Assembly: GCA_031421375.1 (NCBI GenBank)
Contig: JANOOO010000157.1
Span: 1-33,828, forward strand
DNA: 33,828 bases
Reading direction: 5' to 3'
Source: Polaromonas sp.
GTDB taxonomy: Bacteria > Pseudomonadota > Gammaproteobacteria > Burkholderiales > Burkholderiaceae_C
Shown here: positions 20,873 to 31,137 of the stretch, piece after piece
Numbering within the stretch: the first letter of the stretch is position 1
How the letters are laid out: every line of letters starts with the position of its first letter
Program-made: the position numbers and the translations under genes
The notes under the pieces: generated by a model
Told to the model about the DNA's origin: nothing
What the model saw: only the letters and a program-made list of their open reading frames with translations
Database searches by the model: none

Positions 20873-22000
20873 TTGCTGGTCGGTGTGAACTTGGGTCTGC
20901 CCAATTTTGACGCTGGCCTCCTGGAGCTGGGTTTGCTCGCCGAGGCGGCCGGGCTCAGGCCAGTTGCGCGTGTTTCATGCAATCGCAAGGCTCCCGATGC
21001 CGCGTTGTTCATTGGCAAGGGCAAAGCTGATGAGATCAAGCTTCTTGCGCTGGAAACTGGCGCGTCCGAAGTCTTGTTCGATCAGTCTCTAAGCCCCGCG
21101 CAGCAGCGCAACCTCGAGCGCTATCTTGAGATGCCGGTCAATGACCGGACCATGCTCATACTTGAGATATTCGCGCAACGCGCGCGCAGCCACGAGGGCA
21201 AGTTGCAAGTCGAGTTGGCCCGGCTTCAATACGTCTCAACCCGGCTGGTGCGCCGCTGGTCACACCTGGAGCGTCAGACCGGCGGGGCGGGCGTGCGTGG
21301 CGGGCCGGGTGAAAAGCAAATTGAGCTCGACAAACGCATGATTGGTGAGGCAATCAAGCGCACCAAAGAGCGCCTGTCCCGGGTCAAAAAACAGCGTTTA
21401 ACCCAGCGCAAACAGCGAGGGCGCCGCCAGTCGTTTTCCATCTCGCTGGTTGGCTACACCAACGCGGGTAAATCGACGCTGTTCAATGCGCTCGTCAAGG
21501 CGCGCGCCTATGCCGCCGATCAGCTTTTTGCCACGCTGGACACCACTACCAGGCAGCTTTATCTGGGCGAAGGGGCGGCGCTCGCATCGTTGTCCGACAC
21601 TGTCGGATTCATTCGCGACCTGCCGCACGGTCTGATAGACGCATTTGCAGCAACCCTGGAAGAGGCTGCCGACGCCGACTTGCTGCTGCATGTGGTCGAT
21701 GCATCAAGCCCCGATTATTTTGAGCAGATCGAACAGGTTCAGCGTGTGTTGGGCGAAATCGGTGCGGGTACGGTTCCCCAGGTTTTGGTATTTAACAAAC
21801 TCGATGCTATTGAAAAACACAACTGGCCGCTGCAGCTACGTGACGTGTTCGCGCTGAAAGAGCCGTTTGATGAAGTGACCCGTGCTGTCGAGCGCGTTTT
21901 TGTCAGCGCGTTGAGTGGCGACGGCTTGCCAGAGTTGCGCCGCCTTCTTGCCGAGCAAGCTGCAACGCAGCTGACCGAAGAAATCGGCCAGCCGATCTAG
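20873..22000 (+). CDS. hflX: GTPase HflX
   Basis: ILEIFAQRA..EGKLQVELA, GPGEKQIE, VGYTNAGKST, LFATLD, DTVGF, NKLD; true start may be upstream (CTG 20831). Confidence 0.96.
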   Translation: MLVGVNLGLPNFDAGLLELGLLAEAAGLRPVARVSCNRKAPDAALFIGKGKADEIKLLALETGASEVLFDQSLSPAQQRNLERYLEMPVNDRTMLILEIFAQRARSHEGKLQVELARLQYVSTRLVRRWSHLERQTGGAGVRGGPGEKQIELDKRMIGEAIKRTKERLSRVKKQRLTQRKQRGRRQSFSISLVGYTNAGKSTLFNALVKARAYAADQLFATLDTTTRQLYLGEGAALASLSDTVGFIRDLPHGLIDAFAATLEEAADADLLLHVVDASSPDYFEQIEQVQRVLGEIGAGTVPQVLVFNKLDAIEKHNWPLQLRDVFALKEPFDEVTRAVERVFVSALSGDGLPELRRLLAEQAATQLTEEIGQPI

Positions 22001-22071
22001 TTTTGACCTGAATGGGCAAGACGGGCTTAGGCACAATAGCGGTGTTTTTTGAAACAAAGTGAGTTTGACTA

Positions 22072-23499
22072 ATGAAACTGAATTCCGTCCCGGCGACGTT
22101 CTCGTCTTTAGATGCCCTGAAGCGGCGCGCCTTGGGTATGTTCAATCTCAATGACCCGCGATGGGGCCGTGACGAAGGCAAGCCGTCTCCCGAAGAAGGC
22201 AAGGGCGATGAACCGCCGCCTGAAAGACCACCGGCTCGCCCGACGCGCCCACAAGGGTCGCAGGGAAAAGGTCCTAATCAGGGCCCGCCTGATCTTGACG
22301 AGCTCTGGCGCGATCTCAACCGCAAGCTTGGAAACCTGTTTGGCGGCGGCAAGCCAGGTGCCAAACGCGGTGGCTTTGGTGGCAACAATGGAAACAGCGG
22401 TGGGAATGGCAGTGGTAACGGCGGCGGTTTTCAGCCAGACATGAAAAGCGCGGGGATTGGTGCCGGCCTTATCGCCGTTGTTGCGGTGCTAATCTGGCTT
22501 GGCACCGGTTTCTTTATCGTTCAAGAGGGTCAGCAGGCGGTCATTACCCAATTTGGCCGCTACAACGCCACCGTCGGTGCCGGATTCAACTGGCGGCTGC
22601 CGTTTCCCATTCAGCGCCATGAGCTGGTCGTGGTGACCCAGATTCGCTCGGTCGATGTGGGCCGCGACACCATCATCAAAGCCACTGGCCTTCGTGATTC
22701 GGCGATGCTCACTGAAGACGAAAACATCATTGATGTGAAGTTCTCGGTGCAATACCGGCTAAGCGATGCCCGCGCTTTTCTGTTTGAAACCAAGAGCCCC
22801 ATTGATGCCGTGGTGCAGGCCGCTGAAACTGCGGTGCGCGAAGTCGTAGGCAAGATGACTTTGAACACCGCGCTCGGTGAAGACCGTGAGCAGATCGCGC
22901 CACGCGTGCGGCAACTTTCGCAAACCATTTTGGACCGCTACAAGATCGGCGTCGAGATCGTCGCCATCAACATGCAGCAGGGCGGCGTGCGTGCGCCCGA
23001 CCAGGTGCAGGCTGCCTTTGACGATGTCAACAAGGCTGCGCAGGAACGCGAACGTGCCAAAAACGAAGGCCAGGCTTACGCGAACGACGTGATTCCGCGC
23101 GCAGCTGGTGCCGCCTCACGGCTGAAGGAAGAAGCGGCTGGCTACAAGGCCCGGATCGTCGCTCAATCTGACGGTGATTCGCAGCGCTTTCGGTCCGTCC
23201 TGGCTGAATATCAAAAAGCGCCGCAAGTCACCCGCGACCGGCTGTATCTTGATGCGATGCAGCAGGTTTATTCGAGCGTATCCAAGGTGTTGGTCGAGTC
23301 GCGTCAGGGCTCAAATTTGCTGTACCTGCCGTTAGACCGCATCATGCAAATGACCGGGCAGGGCACATCGACCGACGCGTCATTGACGCCAGGCGCAGGA
23401 GCTGCCCCAGCGCCTTCCTCGCCGCCTGTGACTACTGGCGCGCCACTGGACCCCCGCGTCCGCGACTCCTCCCGCACCCGTGAACGCGAAACCCGCTAA
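22072..23499 (+). CDS. hflK: FtsH protease modulator HflK
   Basis: FNLNDPRWG, GPPDLDELW, TM helix, SPFH domain, VQAAFDDV, YQKAPQVTRDRLY; alternative start ATG 22138. Confidence 0.96.
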   Translation: MKLNSVPATFSSLDALKRRALGMFNLNDPRWGRDEGKPSPEEGKGDEPPPERPPARPTRPQGSQGKGPNQGPPDLDELWRDLNRKLGNLFGGGKPGAKRGGFGGNNGNSGGNGSGNGGGFQPDMKSAGIGAGLIAVVAVLIWLGTGFFIVQEGQQAVITQFGRYNATVGAGFNWRLPFPIQRHELVVVTQIRSVDVGRDTIIKATGLRDSAMLTEDENIIDVKFSVQYRLSDARAFLFETKSPIDAVVQAAETAVREVVGKMTLNTALGEDREQIAPRVRQLSQTILDRYKIGVEIVAINMQQGGVRAPDQVQAAFDDVNKAAQERERAKNEGQAYANDVIPRAAGAASRLKEEAAGYKARIVAQSDGDSQRFRSVLAEYQKAPQVTRDRLYLDAMQQVYSSVSKVLVESRQGSNLLYLPLDRIMQMTGQGTSTDASLTPGAGAAPAPSSPPVTTGAPLDPRVRDSSRTRERETR

Positions 23500-23508
23500 G
23501 GAAAAAAA

Positions 23509-24426
23509 GTGAACAGAGTCGGATTTATCGTTTCAACGGTCCTGGTGCTGCTGGCCTTGCTCAGCTCGACGCTTTTCGTCGTCGATCAACGCCAGTTCGG
23601 CGTGGTTTATGCCTTGGGCCAGATTAAAGAAGTCATTACCGAGCCGGGCTTGCATGTCAAGCTGCCGCCGCCATTTCAAAACGTCTCCTACATCGACAAG
23701 CGCCTGTTGACGCTCGAAAGCACTGACACCGGCGCTGTTCTGACGGCCGAGAAGCAGCCTGTCGTGATTGACTGGTATGTGCGCTGGCGCATCATCGAGC
23801 CGACGCAGTACATCCGCAGCGTTGGCCGCGATGAAGCTACCGGAGCCAACCGTTTGAGCGGCGTGGTACGCAACGCGTTCAACCAGGAGATCAACCGCCG
23901 AACCGTCAAGGAACTGCTATCCACCCAGCGTGAATCGCTGATGGCCGCCGTCAAGTCCGAGGTGCTTGAGCAGGTCAAGGGTGCAGCCAGCCCTTGGGGC
24001 ATCGACGTGCTTGACGTGCGTATCACGCGTGTCGATTACACCGAGGCCATTACCGAGTCCGTGTATCGGCGGATGGAAGCCGAACGCAAGCGCGTAGCCA
24101 ACGAGCTGCGTTCGACCGGTGCGGCCGAAAGTGAAAAAATCCGCGCTGACGCTGATCGCCAGCGCGAGATCATTCTTGCCAATGCTTACCGAGACGCGCA
24201 AAAGGTCAAAGGCGAGGGCGATGCCGAAGCGGCGCGTATTTACGCCGAGTCGTTTGGCCGCGATGCGCAATTCGCGCAGTTCTACCGCAGCCTGGACGCC
24301 TATAAGACCAGCTTCAACAAGCGCAGCGACGTGATGGTGCTCGACCCTTCGTCAGAGTTCTTTAAGGCCATGCGCGGCACGGGCAACGCCACCCCGGCTG
24401 CACCAGCGGCGGCTGCAAGGCGTTAA
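23509..24426 (+). CDS. hflC: FtsH protease modulator HflC
   Basis: N-terminal [28 protein letters not shown]; GTG start with AAGGA SD. Confidence 0.96.
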   Translation: MNRVGFIVSTVLVLLALLSSTLFVVDQRQFGVVYALGQIKEVITEPGLHVKLPPPFQNVSYIDKRLLTLESTDTGAVLTAEKQPVVIDWYVRWRIIEPTQYIRSVGRDEATGANRLSGVVRNAFNQEINRRTVKELLSTQRESLMAAVKSEVLEQVKGAASPWGIDVLDVRITRVDYTEAITESVYRRMEAERKRVANELRSTGAAESEKIRADADRQREIILANAYRDAQKVKGEGDAEAARIYAESFGRDAQFAQFYRSLDAYKTSFNKRSDVMVLDPSSEFFKAMRGTGNATPAAPAAAARR

Positions 24427-24486
24427 AAGTCGCTGGGGTGGGCGCGGGGCTCGCTGAGAGGCAGGCACACCGTTACCGACTGGATT

Positions 24487-24522
24487 CGCCAGGCGCGCCT
24501 GCCGCGCCAGGCCCGCCTGCTG
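24487..24522 (+). repeat. 18-bp tandem duplication with palindromic core
   Basis: CGCCAGGCGCGCCTGCCG / CGCCAGGCCCGCCTGCTG (16/18); the first unit contains the perfect palindrome CAGGCGCGCCTG. Confidence 0.55.
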
Positions 24523-24641
24523 CCAAAACCGCGTCCGCTCCATTTTTAATTTTGGTTCATCCAGGCATCGCGGCTGAAACGGTCCGGAAAACCCCAGGTC
24601 GGGCCGGTAAAATTACGCCTTTCATCGCCTCACTTCACACC

Positions 24642-25832
24642 ATGCCCGCCTGGCCGTCATCCTGGCAATTGCCTGATCAAATTGCCGATGTCCTGCCCTC
24701 CGAGGCGCGGCACATTGAAGAGTTGCGTCGGCTCATGCTCGACAGCGCCCGCAGCTACGGCTACGAGCTGGTCATGCCGCCGCTGCTTGAACACCTTGAA
24801 TCGCTGTTGACTGGCACCGGCGAGGCGCTTGACTTGCAGACATTCAAGCTGGTCGATCAGCTCTCGGGCCGCACGCTGGGTCTGCGCGCTGACACGACGC
24901 CGCAGGCTGCCCGCATTGACGCGCACCTGCTCAATCGCTGCGGTGTCGTCCGGCTTTGCTACTGTGGGCCAGTGCTACACACCCGTGCTGACCGGCCCCT
25001 TGCCACGCGCGAACCGCTGCAGTTTGGAGCTGAAATATTTGGTCATGCCGGGCTTGAAGCCGATCTGGAAGCGCAGTTGCTTGCGCTCGACGGCTTGCGT
25101 GCAGTCGGCATCAAGCAGATGAGCGTTGATATGGCCGATGTCGGCATCGTCAACGCCCTGCTCGGCGACGTCCGCGTCTCAGTAAAAAATCTGAGCCGAA
25201 TCCATGCGGCGCTGGCCGCCAAAGACGCCAGCGAGCTGGCCAGCCTGACGGCCAGTTTGGGTGACACCTTGCCAACTACTTCGACTGACGGCCTCAAGGC
25301 GCTGCTGCAGCTTTACGGCGACGACAAGGTTTTAATAGAAGCCGCAAAGGTGTTGCCGCCACGGCCCGGCGTGCAGGCAGCACTCAACAAACTTAAATGG
25401 CTGGCGTCCCACCTTGATGGTGTTTCGGTCAGCTTTGACCTGGCCGATTTGCGCGGTTATGCCTACTACACCGGCACGCGCTTTGCGATTTACGGGCGCG
25501 GTGCCGAGCTCGCCCGCGGCGGCCGCTACGATGAAGTCGGCGCAGTCTTCGGTCGCAATCGGCCAGCCGTCGGCTTCAGCATGGATTTGAAAGAACTGGT
25601 CGCCGTGCTGCCACCGCTCCAGCTACGGGCGGCCATTCGTGCGCCGTGGCCGCAAGGCATGGGAAGCCATGCCGGGCTGCAGCAGGCCATTGCCCGGCTA
25701 CGCAGCGAAGGCGAGACGGTGGCCTGTGTGCTGCCTGGGCATGAGCATGAAGTCAGCGAATTCGACTGCGACCGTGAGCTGGTCGAATCGGGCGGCAAGT
25801 GGATCGTGCGCCTCCTCAAGAAACTGCCATGA
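24642..25832 (+). CDS. hisZ: ATP phosphoribosyltransferase regulatory subunit HisZ
   Basis: [51 protein letters not shown]; upstream of purA; TAAAAT at 24608-24613. Confidence 0.94.
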   Translation: MPAWPSSWQLPDQIADVLPSEARHIEELRRLMLDSARSYGYELVMPPLLEHLESLLTGTGEALDLQTFKLVDQLSGRTLGLRADTTPQAARIDAHLLNRCGVVRLCYCGPVLHTRADRPLATREPLQFGAEIFGHAGLEADLEAQLLALDGLRAVGIKQMSVDMADVGIVNALLGDVRVSVKNLSRIHAALAAKDASELASLTASLGDTLPTTSTDGLKALLQLYGDDKVLIEAAKVLPPRPGVQAALNKLKWLASHLDGVSVSFDLADLRGYAYYTGTRFAIYGRGAELARGGRYDEVGAVFGRNRPAVGFSMDLKELVAVLPPLQLRAAIRAPWPQGMGSHAGLQQAIARLRSEGETVACVLPGHEHEVSEFDCDRELVESGGKWIVRLLKKLP

Positions 25833-25975
25833 GCCTTGCCTTTCGTGCGGCTATCGGCTGCGCAGCCGTCGCGTATTCCGTGCTGGCGCGGCACAGGCAC
25901 TGAACACGCACCGCGTGATTCCTGACCTGTTGCGCCACTGTCCATTTTCAATTTTTCATTGTCCAGCGCCCCTAA

Positions 25976-27343
<1,368 letters not shown>

Positions 27344-27369
27344 ACTCACCTTTTTCTTAAGACGATACG

Positions 27370-27417
27370 ACCTGTAATCCAGTCGGTACGGGCGCAAGCA
27401 GCTATCAAATCAGGAGC
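27370..27417 (+). repeat. Dispersed motif, copy 2 (48-bp form, intergenic purA-PRTase)
   Basis: Core 27389-27417 CGGGCGCAAGCAGCTATCAAATCAGGAGC; aligns without gaps over 48 bp to 32623-32670. Confidence 0.75.
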
Positions 27418-27424
27418 GACCAGG

Positions 27425-27949
27425 ATGTTGACAGAAGACGGCAAGCACCTATACGTCAGCTATGACGAGTATCACAACCTGACCGAAAAGCTCGCCATCA
27501 AGGTGCATCAATCGGGCTGGGCCTTCGACACCATCTTGTGCCTGGCGCGCGGCGGCATGCGGCCAGGCGACATCCTCTCGCGCATCTTTGACAAGCCGCT
27601 GGCCATCATGTCCACCAGCTCCTACCGCGCCGATTCCGGCACGGTGCAGGGCAAGCTCGACATCGCCCGCTTCATCACCACGCCCAAGGGCGAGATCGCC
27701 GGCAAAGTCTTGCTGGTCGATGATCTGGCTGACACAGGCCACACTCTGAATGCCGTCATCGCCCAGCTGCGCGGCAACTATCCCTCCATCACCGAGCTGC
27801 GCAGCGCAGTGATCTGGACCAAGGGCATCTCGACTTTTCAGGCCGACTACTCGGTCGAGATCCTACCGACCAACCCGTGGATTCACCAGCCCTTCGAGGG
27901 CTACGACGCGATGACGCCTGAGCAGTTGATGGAAAAATGGAAGATATAG
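27425..27949 (+). CDS. Type I phosphoribosyltransferase (purine PRTase-like)
   Basis: LARGG, VLLVDDLADTGHT PRPP-binding loop, WIHQPFE; downstream of purA. Confidence 0.92.
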   Translation: MLTEDGKHLYVSYDEYHNLTEKLAIKVHQSGWAFDTILCLARGGMRPGDILSRIFDKPLAIMSTSSYRADSGTVQGKLDIARFITTPKGEIAGKVLLVDDLADTGHTLNAVIAQLRGNYPSITELRSAVIWTKGISTFQADYSVEILPTNPWIHQPFEGYDAMTPEQLMEKWKI

Positions 27950-27962
27950 CCCCAGAGATGTG

Positions 27963-28444
27963 GCCCCCACGGTCGCGCACTGCGTGTCGCTCCCTGCCCC
28001 CCGAGGGGGCCGCTGCGCCTGCGGTCTGGCAAAGCCAGTCCCGCGGCCCCTGCTGGGTTGAAGATTCCCCGTCTTGCTCCCTCTCCCTCCGGGAGAGGGC
28101 AGGGGTGAGGGCTCCCCGATTCCGTTTTCAACGGTGTGCGCTTAATTTTTCCACCCTCACCCTAACCCTCTCCCGCCAGCGGGCAAGGGAAAAAGAAGCA
28201 GACTTTTTGCAAGTTAGCGCTTATGCCCCCGAGGGGGCCACTGCGCCTGTGGCCCGGCAAAGCCGGTTCCACGGCCCCTGCTGGGTTTAAGAGCCCCCAC
28301 GGTCGCGCACTTCGTGTCGCTTCCTGCCCCCCGAGGGGGCCGCTGCGCCTGCGGTCTGGCAAAGCCAGTCCCGCGGCCCCGGCTGGAGTGAAGATTCCCC
28401 GTCTTGCTCCCTCTCCCTCCGGGAGAGGGCTGGGGTGAGGGCTC
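27963..28444. repeat. Composite palindromic (REP/BIME-like) repeat cluster
   Basis: 152-bp direct repeats 27963-28114 and 28293-28444 (6 mismatches, offset 330 bp); partial third A unit at about 28224-28292; three BoxC-like units at 28077-28111 (+), 28154-28190 (-), 28407-28441 (+). Confidence 0.9.
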
Positions 28445-28478
28445 TGCGGCTCGCCGGACCAGCCGTTAACATGGCCCG

Positions 28479-29669
28479 ATGAGCGATATCTCCACGCAGC
28501 TGATTCACCACCCCTACACGCCACCCGTGGGCTTTCAGTCGGTCCAGCCCGGCGTCTATCGGGCCTCCACCGTCATCTTTCCCAACGTCGCCGCGCTGCG
28601 CCAGCGCGACTGGAAGCACAAGACCGGCTACACCTACGGCCTGCACGGCACGCCCACCACATTCACGCTGGAGCAGCGTATCGCCACGCTCGAAGGCGGC
28701 CAGCACTGCACGCTGGTGCCGAGCGGGCTGGCGGCAGTGGTGCTGGTTGGCATGGCATTTTTGAAGACCGGCGACGAGGTCTTGCTGCCCGACAACGCCT
28801 ACGGCCCCAACAAATCGTTTGCGCAGGGCGAGCTGGCGGCCTGGGGCATCACGCACCGCTTTTATGACGCGATGAACCCGGCCGATCTGGCGCGCCAGCT
28901 CAGTGCGCGAACGCGGCTCGTGTGGCTAGAAGCGCCAGGCTCGATCACGCTGGAGTTTCCCGACCTACCCGCGCTCGTGGCCGTCGTCAGAGGCCAGACT
29001 GACCCGCATCCGAACGGCGTCGTTTGCGCCCTCGACAACACTTGGGGCGCTGGCCTGGCTTTCAACGCGTTTTCGCTTGGGGCCGATGTCTCGGTCCAGG
29101 CGCTGACCAAATACCCGAGCGGCGGCGGTGACGTTCTCATGGGTTCCATCGTGACCCGAGACGAGGCGTTGCACCAGCAGATTCACATGTGCCACCAGCG
29201 CTGCGGAATGGGCGTCAGCGGCAACGATTGCGAGCTGATTTTGCGCAGCTTGAGCAGCATCGCGCTGCGTTATGCCGCTCAAGACGCCGCCACGCGCGCG
29301 CTGGCAACTTGGTCGCAGGCTCAGCCGCAGGTGGTGGCGGTGTTACACCCGGCGCTGCCTGATTCGCCCGGCCACGCCGTCTGGCAGCGCGATTGCTCGG
29401 GCGCGGCCTGTCTGTTCAGTGCGGTGTTTCAGCCTCATTTCACGCAGGCGCAGATTGATCATTTTTGCGACGCCCTGAAGCTGTTCAAACTCGGCTATAG
29501 CTGGGCCGGGCCTGTCAGCCTATGCGCGCCCTACAACATCGCCGCAGTGCGCAGCAAGGGCTGGCCGCATCAAGGCGGGCTGGTGCGGTTTTCAGTCGGT
29601 CTTGAGTCGGCCGCCGACCTGCAGGCAGACCTCGAGCAAGCCCTGAGCGCGGCCTTCGGCCGGTCTTGA
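28479..29669 (+). CDS. metC: Cystathionine beta-lyase (PLP-dependent trans-sulfuration family)
   Basis: YTYGLHGTPTT, WLEAPGS, DNTWG, QALTKY PLP lysine, FKLGYSWAG, RFSVGLES. Confidence 0.9.
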   Translation: MSDISTQLIHHPYTPPVGFQSVQPGVYRASTVIFPNVAALRQRDWKHKTGYTYGLHGTPTTFTLEQRIATLEGGQHCTLVPSGLAAVVLVGMAFLKTGDEVLLPDNAYGPNKSFAQGELAAWGITHRFYDAMNPADLARQLSARTRLVWLEAPGSITLEFPDLPALVAVVRGQTDPHPNGVVCALDNTWGAGLAFNAFSLGADVSVQALTKYPSGGGDVLMGSIVTRDEALHQQIHMCHQRCGMGVSGNDCELILRSLSSIALRYAAQDAATRALATWSQAQPQVVAVLHPALPDSPGHAVWQRDCSGAACLFSAVFQPHFTQAQIDHFCDALKLFKLGYSWAGPVSLCAPYNIAAVRSKGWPHQGGLVRFSVGLESAADLQADLEQALSAAFGRS

Positions 29670-29781
29670 TATTTCCGCAGCGACGCGCCGCTACTGGCAC
29701 CGCGCTCGCCCGGCTGTTTGATGACGAATCGCTGCGGGCGATGCAGTACAGTCGAAGCTACTTATTTTTGAAAGCGAAGCT

Positions 29782-29982
29782 GTGGCTACTCCCAATTACT
29801 CGTACGAAAAGCGTCAAAAAGAGCTGGCCAAAAAGCGCAAAAAAGAAGACAAACTCAAGCGCAAGGCTGAAGGCAAGCCTGACGATGACAGCGATTCAAA
29901 TGAGCTTGCAGACGACTCCGCAGCCCCTGATACGCCCGGCACCGCGACCCCCGGAGCCGGCAGCCAGACACCGACGATTTAG
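29782..29982 (+). CDS. Small hypothetical protein with basic N-terminus and acidic disordered tail
   Basis: MATPNYSYEKRQKELAKKRKKEDKLKRK; GTG start; ends at a hairpin facing mnmH. Confidence 0.8.
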   Translation: MATPNYSYEKRQKELAKKRKKEDKLKRKAEGKPDDDSDSNELADDSAAPDTPGTATPGAGSQTPTI

Positions 29983-29998
29983 CCTTCAACCTGAAGGC
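29982..29998. terminator. Hairpin between convergent genes (possible terminator)
   Basis: GCCTTCA-ACC-TGAAGGC 7-bp stem in the gap between convergent stops; no clear U-tract. Confidence 0.35.
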
Positions 29999-30006
29999 AC
30001 AGGCGC

Positions 30007-31137
30007 TCATACCCCCGCCGCAGCTGCCTGCTCCGCCCCGGAATCTTTTCCGGCGAGCCCGAGCTGGTCTTTAACCCGCTCCATTTCCTGCACCATCTCC
30101 CGCGCCAGCGCCTGCATCGCCGGCACACTGCGATCTCGCGGCGCGACCACGACTGCGCTCGCGTACTGCGTGAAGTTGCGCCGCATCGACTGCAAATACA
30201 CCGGGTCATAGTGCTCAACCAACAATTCGCGCACGACCTGCGCAAGCTCGCCAGCACGCGCACGCGTCTGCCAGCTTTGAACGGTTTCTTTGCCGCGCGC
30301 CTCAGTCAGCGCACTCAGTCGTTCGCAGAAAAACTCAATGTCGCGCACGAAGAAGTCGTAATCTTCCATCAGCAATTGCACACGCTCATCGTCGGGCAAG
30401 TCCAGTTGCAGGCAGGGGCTGGCGCGCATTCCGGCGACCAGGCCCTCGGGTATCGCGACGTTGCCGACTTTTTTACTTTCGCTTTCGATGTACACCGGTC
30501 GCGAAACATCGAAGCCGCGCAGCGCCGTCCAGATGCGGGTGTCAAAGGTTTTCTGACTTGGCTGCGCCACGCCCGGCAGCAGCCCGAGCACCGAGCTGCG
30601 GTGCTGGGCCAGCGCTTCAAGGTCCAGCGTCTGCGCGCCCGCGCCAGCCAGCGCCTGCAACAGCCGCGTTTTGCCTGAGCCGGTGGTGCCGCAAATCACG
30701 CGGAAGTCAAAGCGCGCCGCCAGCGCCGGCAAGTCGGCCACCAAAGCGGCACGAAACGCCTTGTAGCCGCCCTCGACCAGCGTCACCTTGAAGCCGATCT
30801 GGTCAAGGATCAGCGCCAGTGCGCCGCTGCGTTTGCCGCCGCGCCAGCAATAAATCAGCGGCTGCCAGTCGCGCGGTTTGTCGATGACCTCGCGCTCCAG
30901 GTGCGCAGCGATGTTTTTGGCGACCAGCGCCGCGCCCCGTTTCTTGGCGTCGAAGGCGCTGATTTGCTTGTACTCGGTGCCCACCAATTGGCGTTCGTCG
31001 TCGTGCAGGCTGGGCCAGTTGACTGCGCCGGGCAGGTGGTCAAGCGCGAATTCGCCTTCGCTGCGGGCGTCGATCACGCTTGAGAACTGCGCCAGCTTCG
31101 CGAGCGTTTCTTCGGCGGAAATTCGTTCAATGCTCAC
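30007..31137 (-). CDS. mnmH: tRNA 2-selenouridine synthase
   Basis: Rhodanese domain (IDARSEGEF..DHLPGAVN, YCWRGGKRS), P-loop GTTGSGKT, LDLEALAQHRSS, IESESKKVG; GTGA overlap with tesA stop; synonym selU. Confidence 0.95.
   Translation of the reverse strand: MSIERISAEETLAKLAQFSSVIDARSEGEFALDHLPGAVNWPSLHDDERQLVGTEYKQISAFDAKKRGAALVAKNIAAHLEREVIDKPRDWQPLIYCWRGGKRSGALALILDQIGFKVTLVEGGYKAFRAALVADLPALAARFDFRVICGTTGSGKTRLLQALAGAGAQTLDLEALAQHRSSVLGLLPGVAQPSQKTFDTRIWTALRGFDVSRPVYIESESKKVGNVAIPEGLVAGMRASPCLQLDLPDDERVQLLMEDYDFFVRDIEFFCERLSALTEARGKETVQSWQTRARAGELAQVVRELLVEHYDPVYLQSMRRNFTQYASAVVVAPRDRSVPAMQALAREMVQEMERVKDQLGLAGKDSGAEQAAAAGV

Noticed and set aside
22003-22037. TTGACC...CACAAT as a sigma70 promoter for hflK
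   Set aside because: The 23-bp spacer is too long for a -35/-10 pair.
27963-28444. CRISPR array or intact IS element
   Set aside because: Only 2-3 long (70-152 bp) units, no regular repeat-spacer period, and no cas or transposase gene.
27789-28856. ORFs crossing the repeat cluster (27937-28290, 27901-28131, 28162-28524, 28223-28438, 28287-28856)
   Set aside because: They are translations of GC-rich palindromic repeats or antisense to real genes, with no protein-like motifs.
29757-29775. GCTA-CTTATTTTTGA-AAGC as another motif copy
   Set aside because: Spacer is 11 nt rather than 9, the right half-site is imperfect and the GGGCGCA arm is missing.
29666-30211. 181-aa ORF overlapping the metC stop
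   Set aside because: It overlaps the better-supported 66-aa gene in another frame and runs antisense into mnmH; composition is not protein-like.
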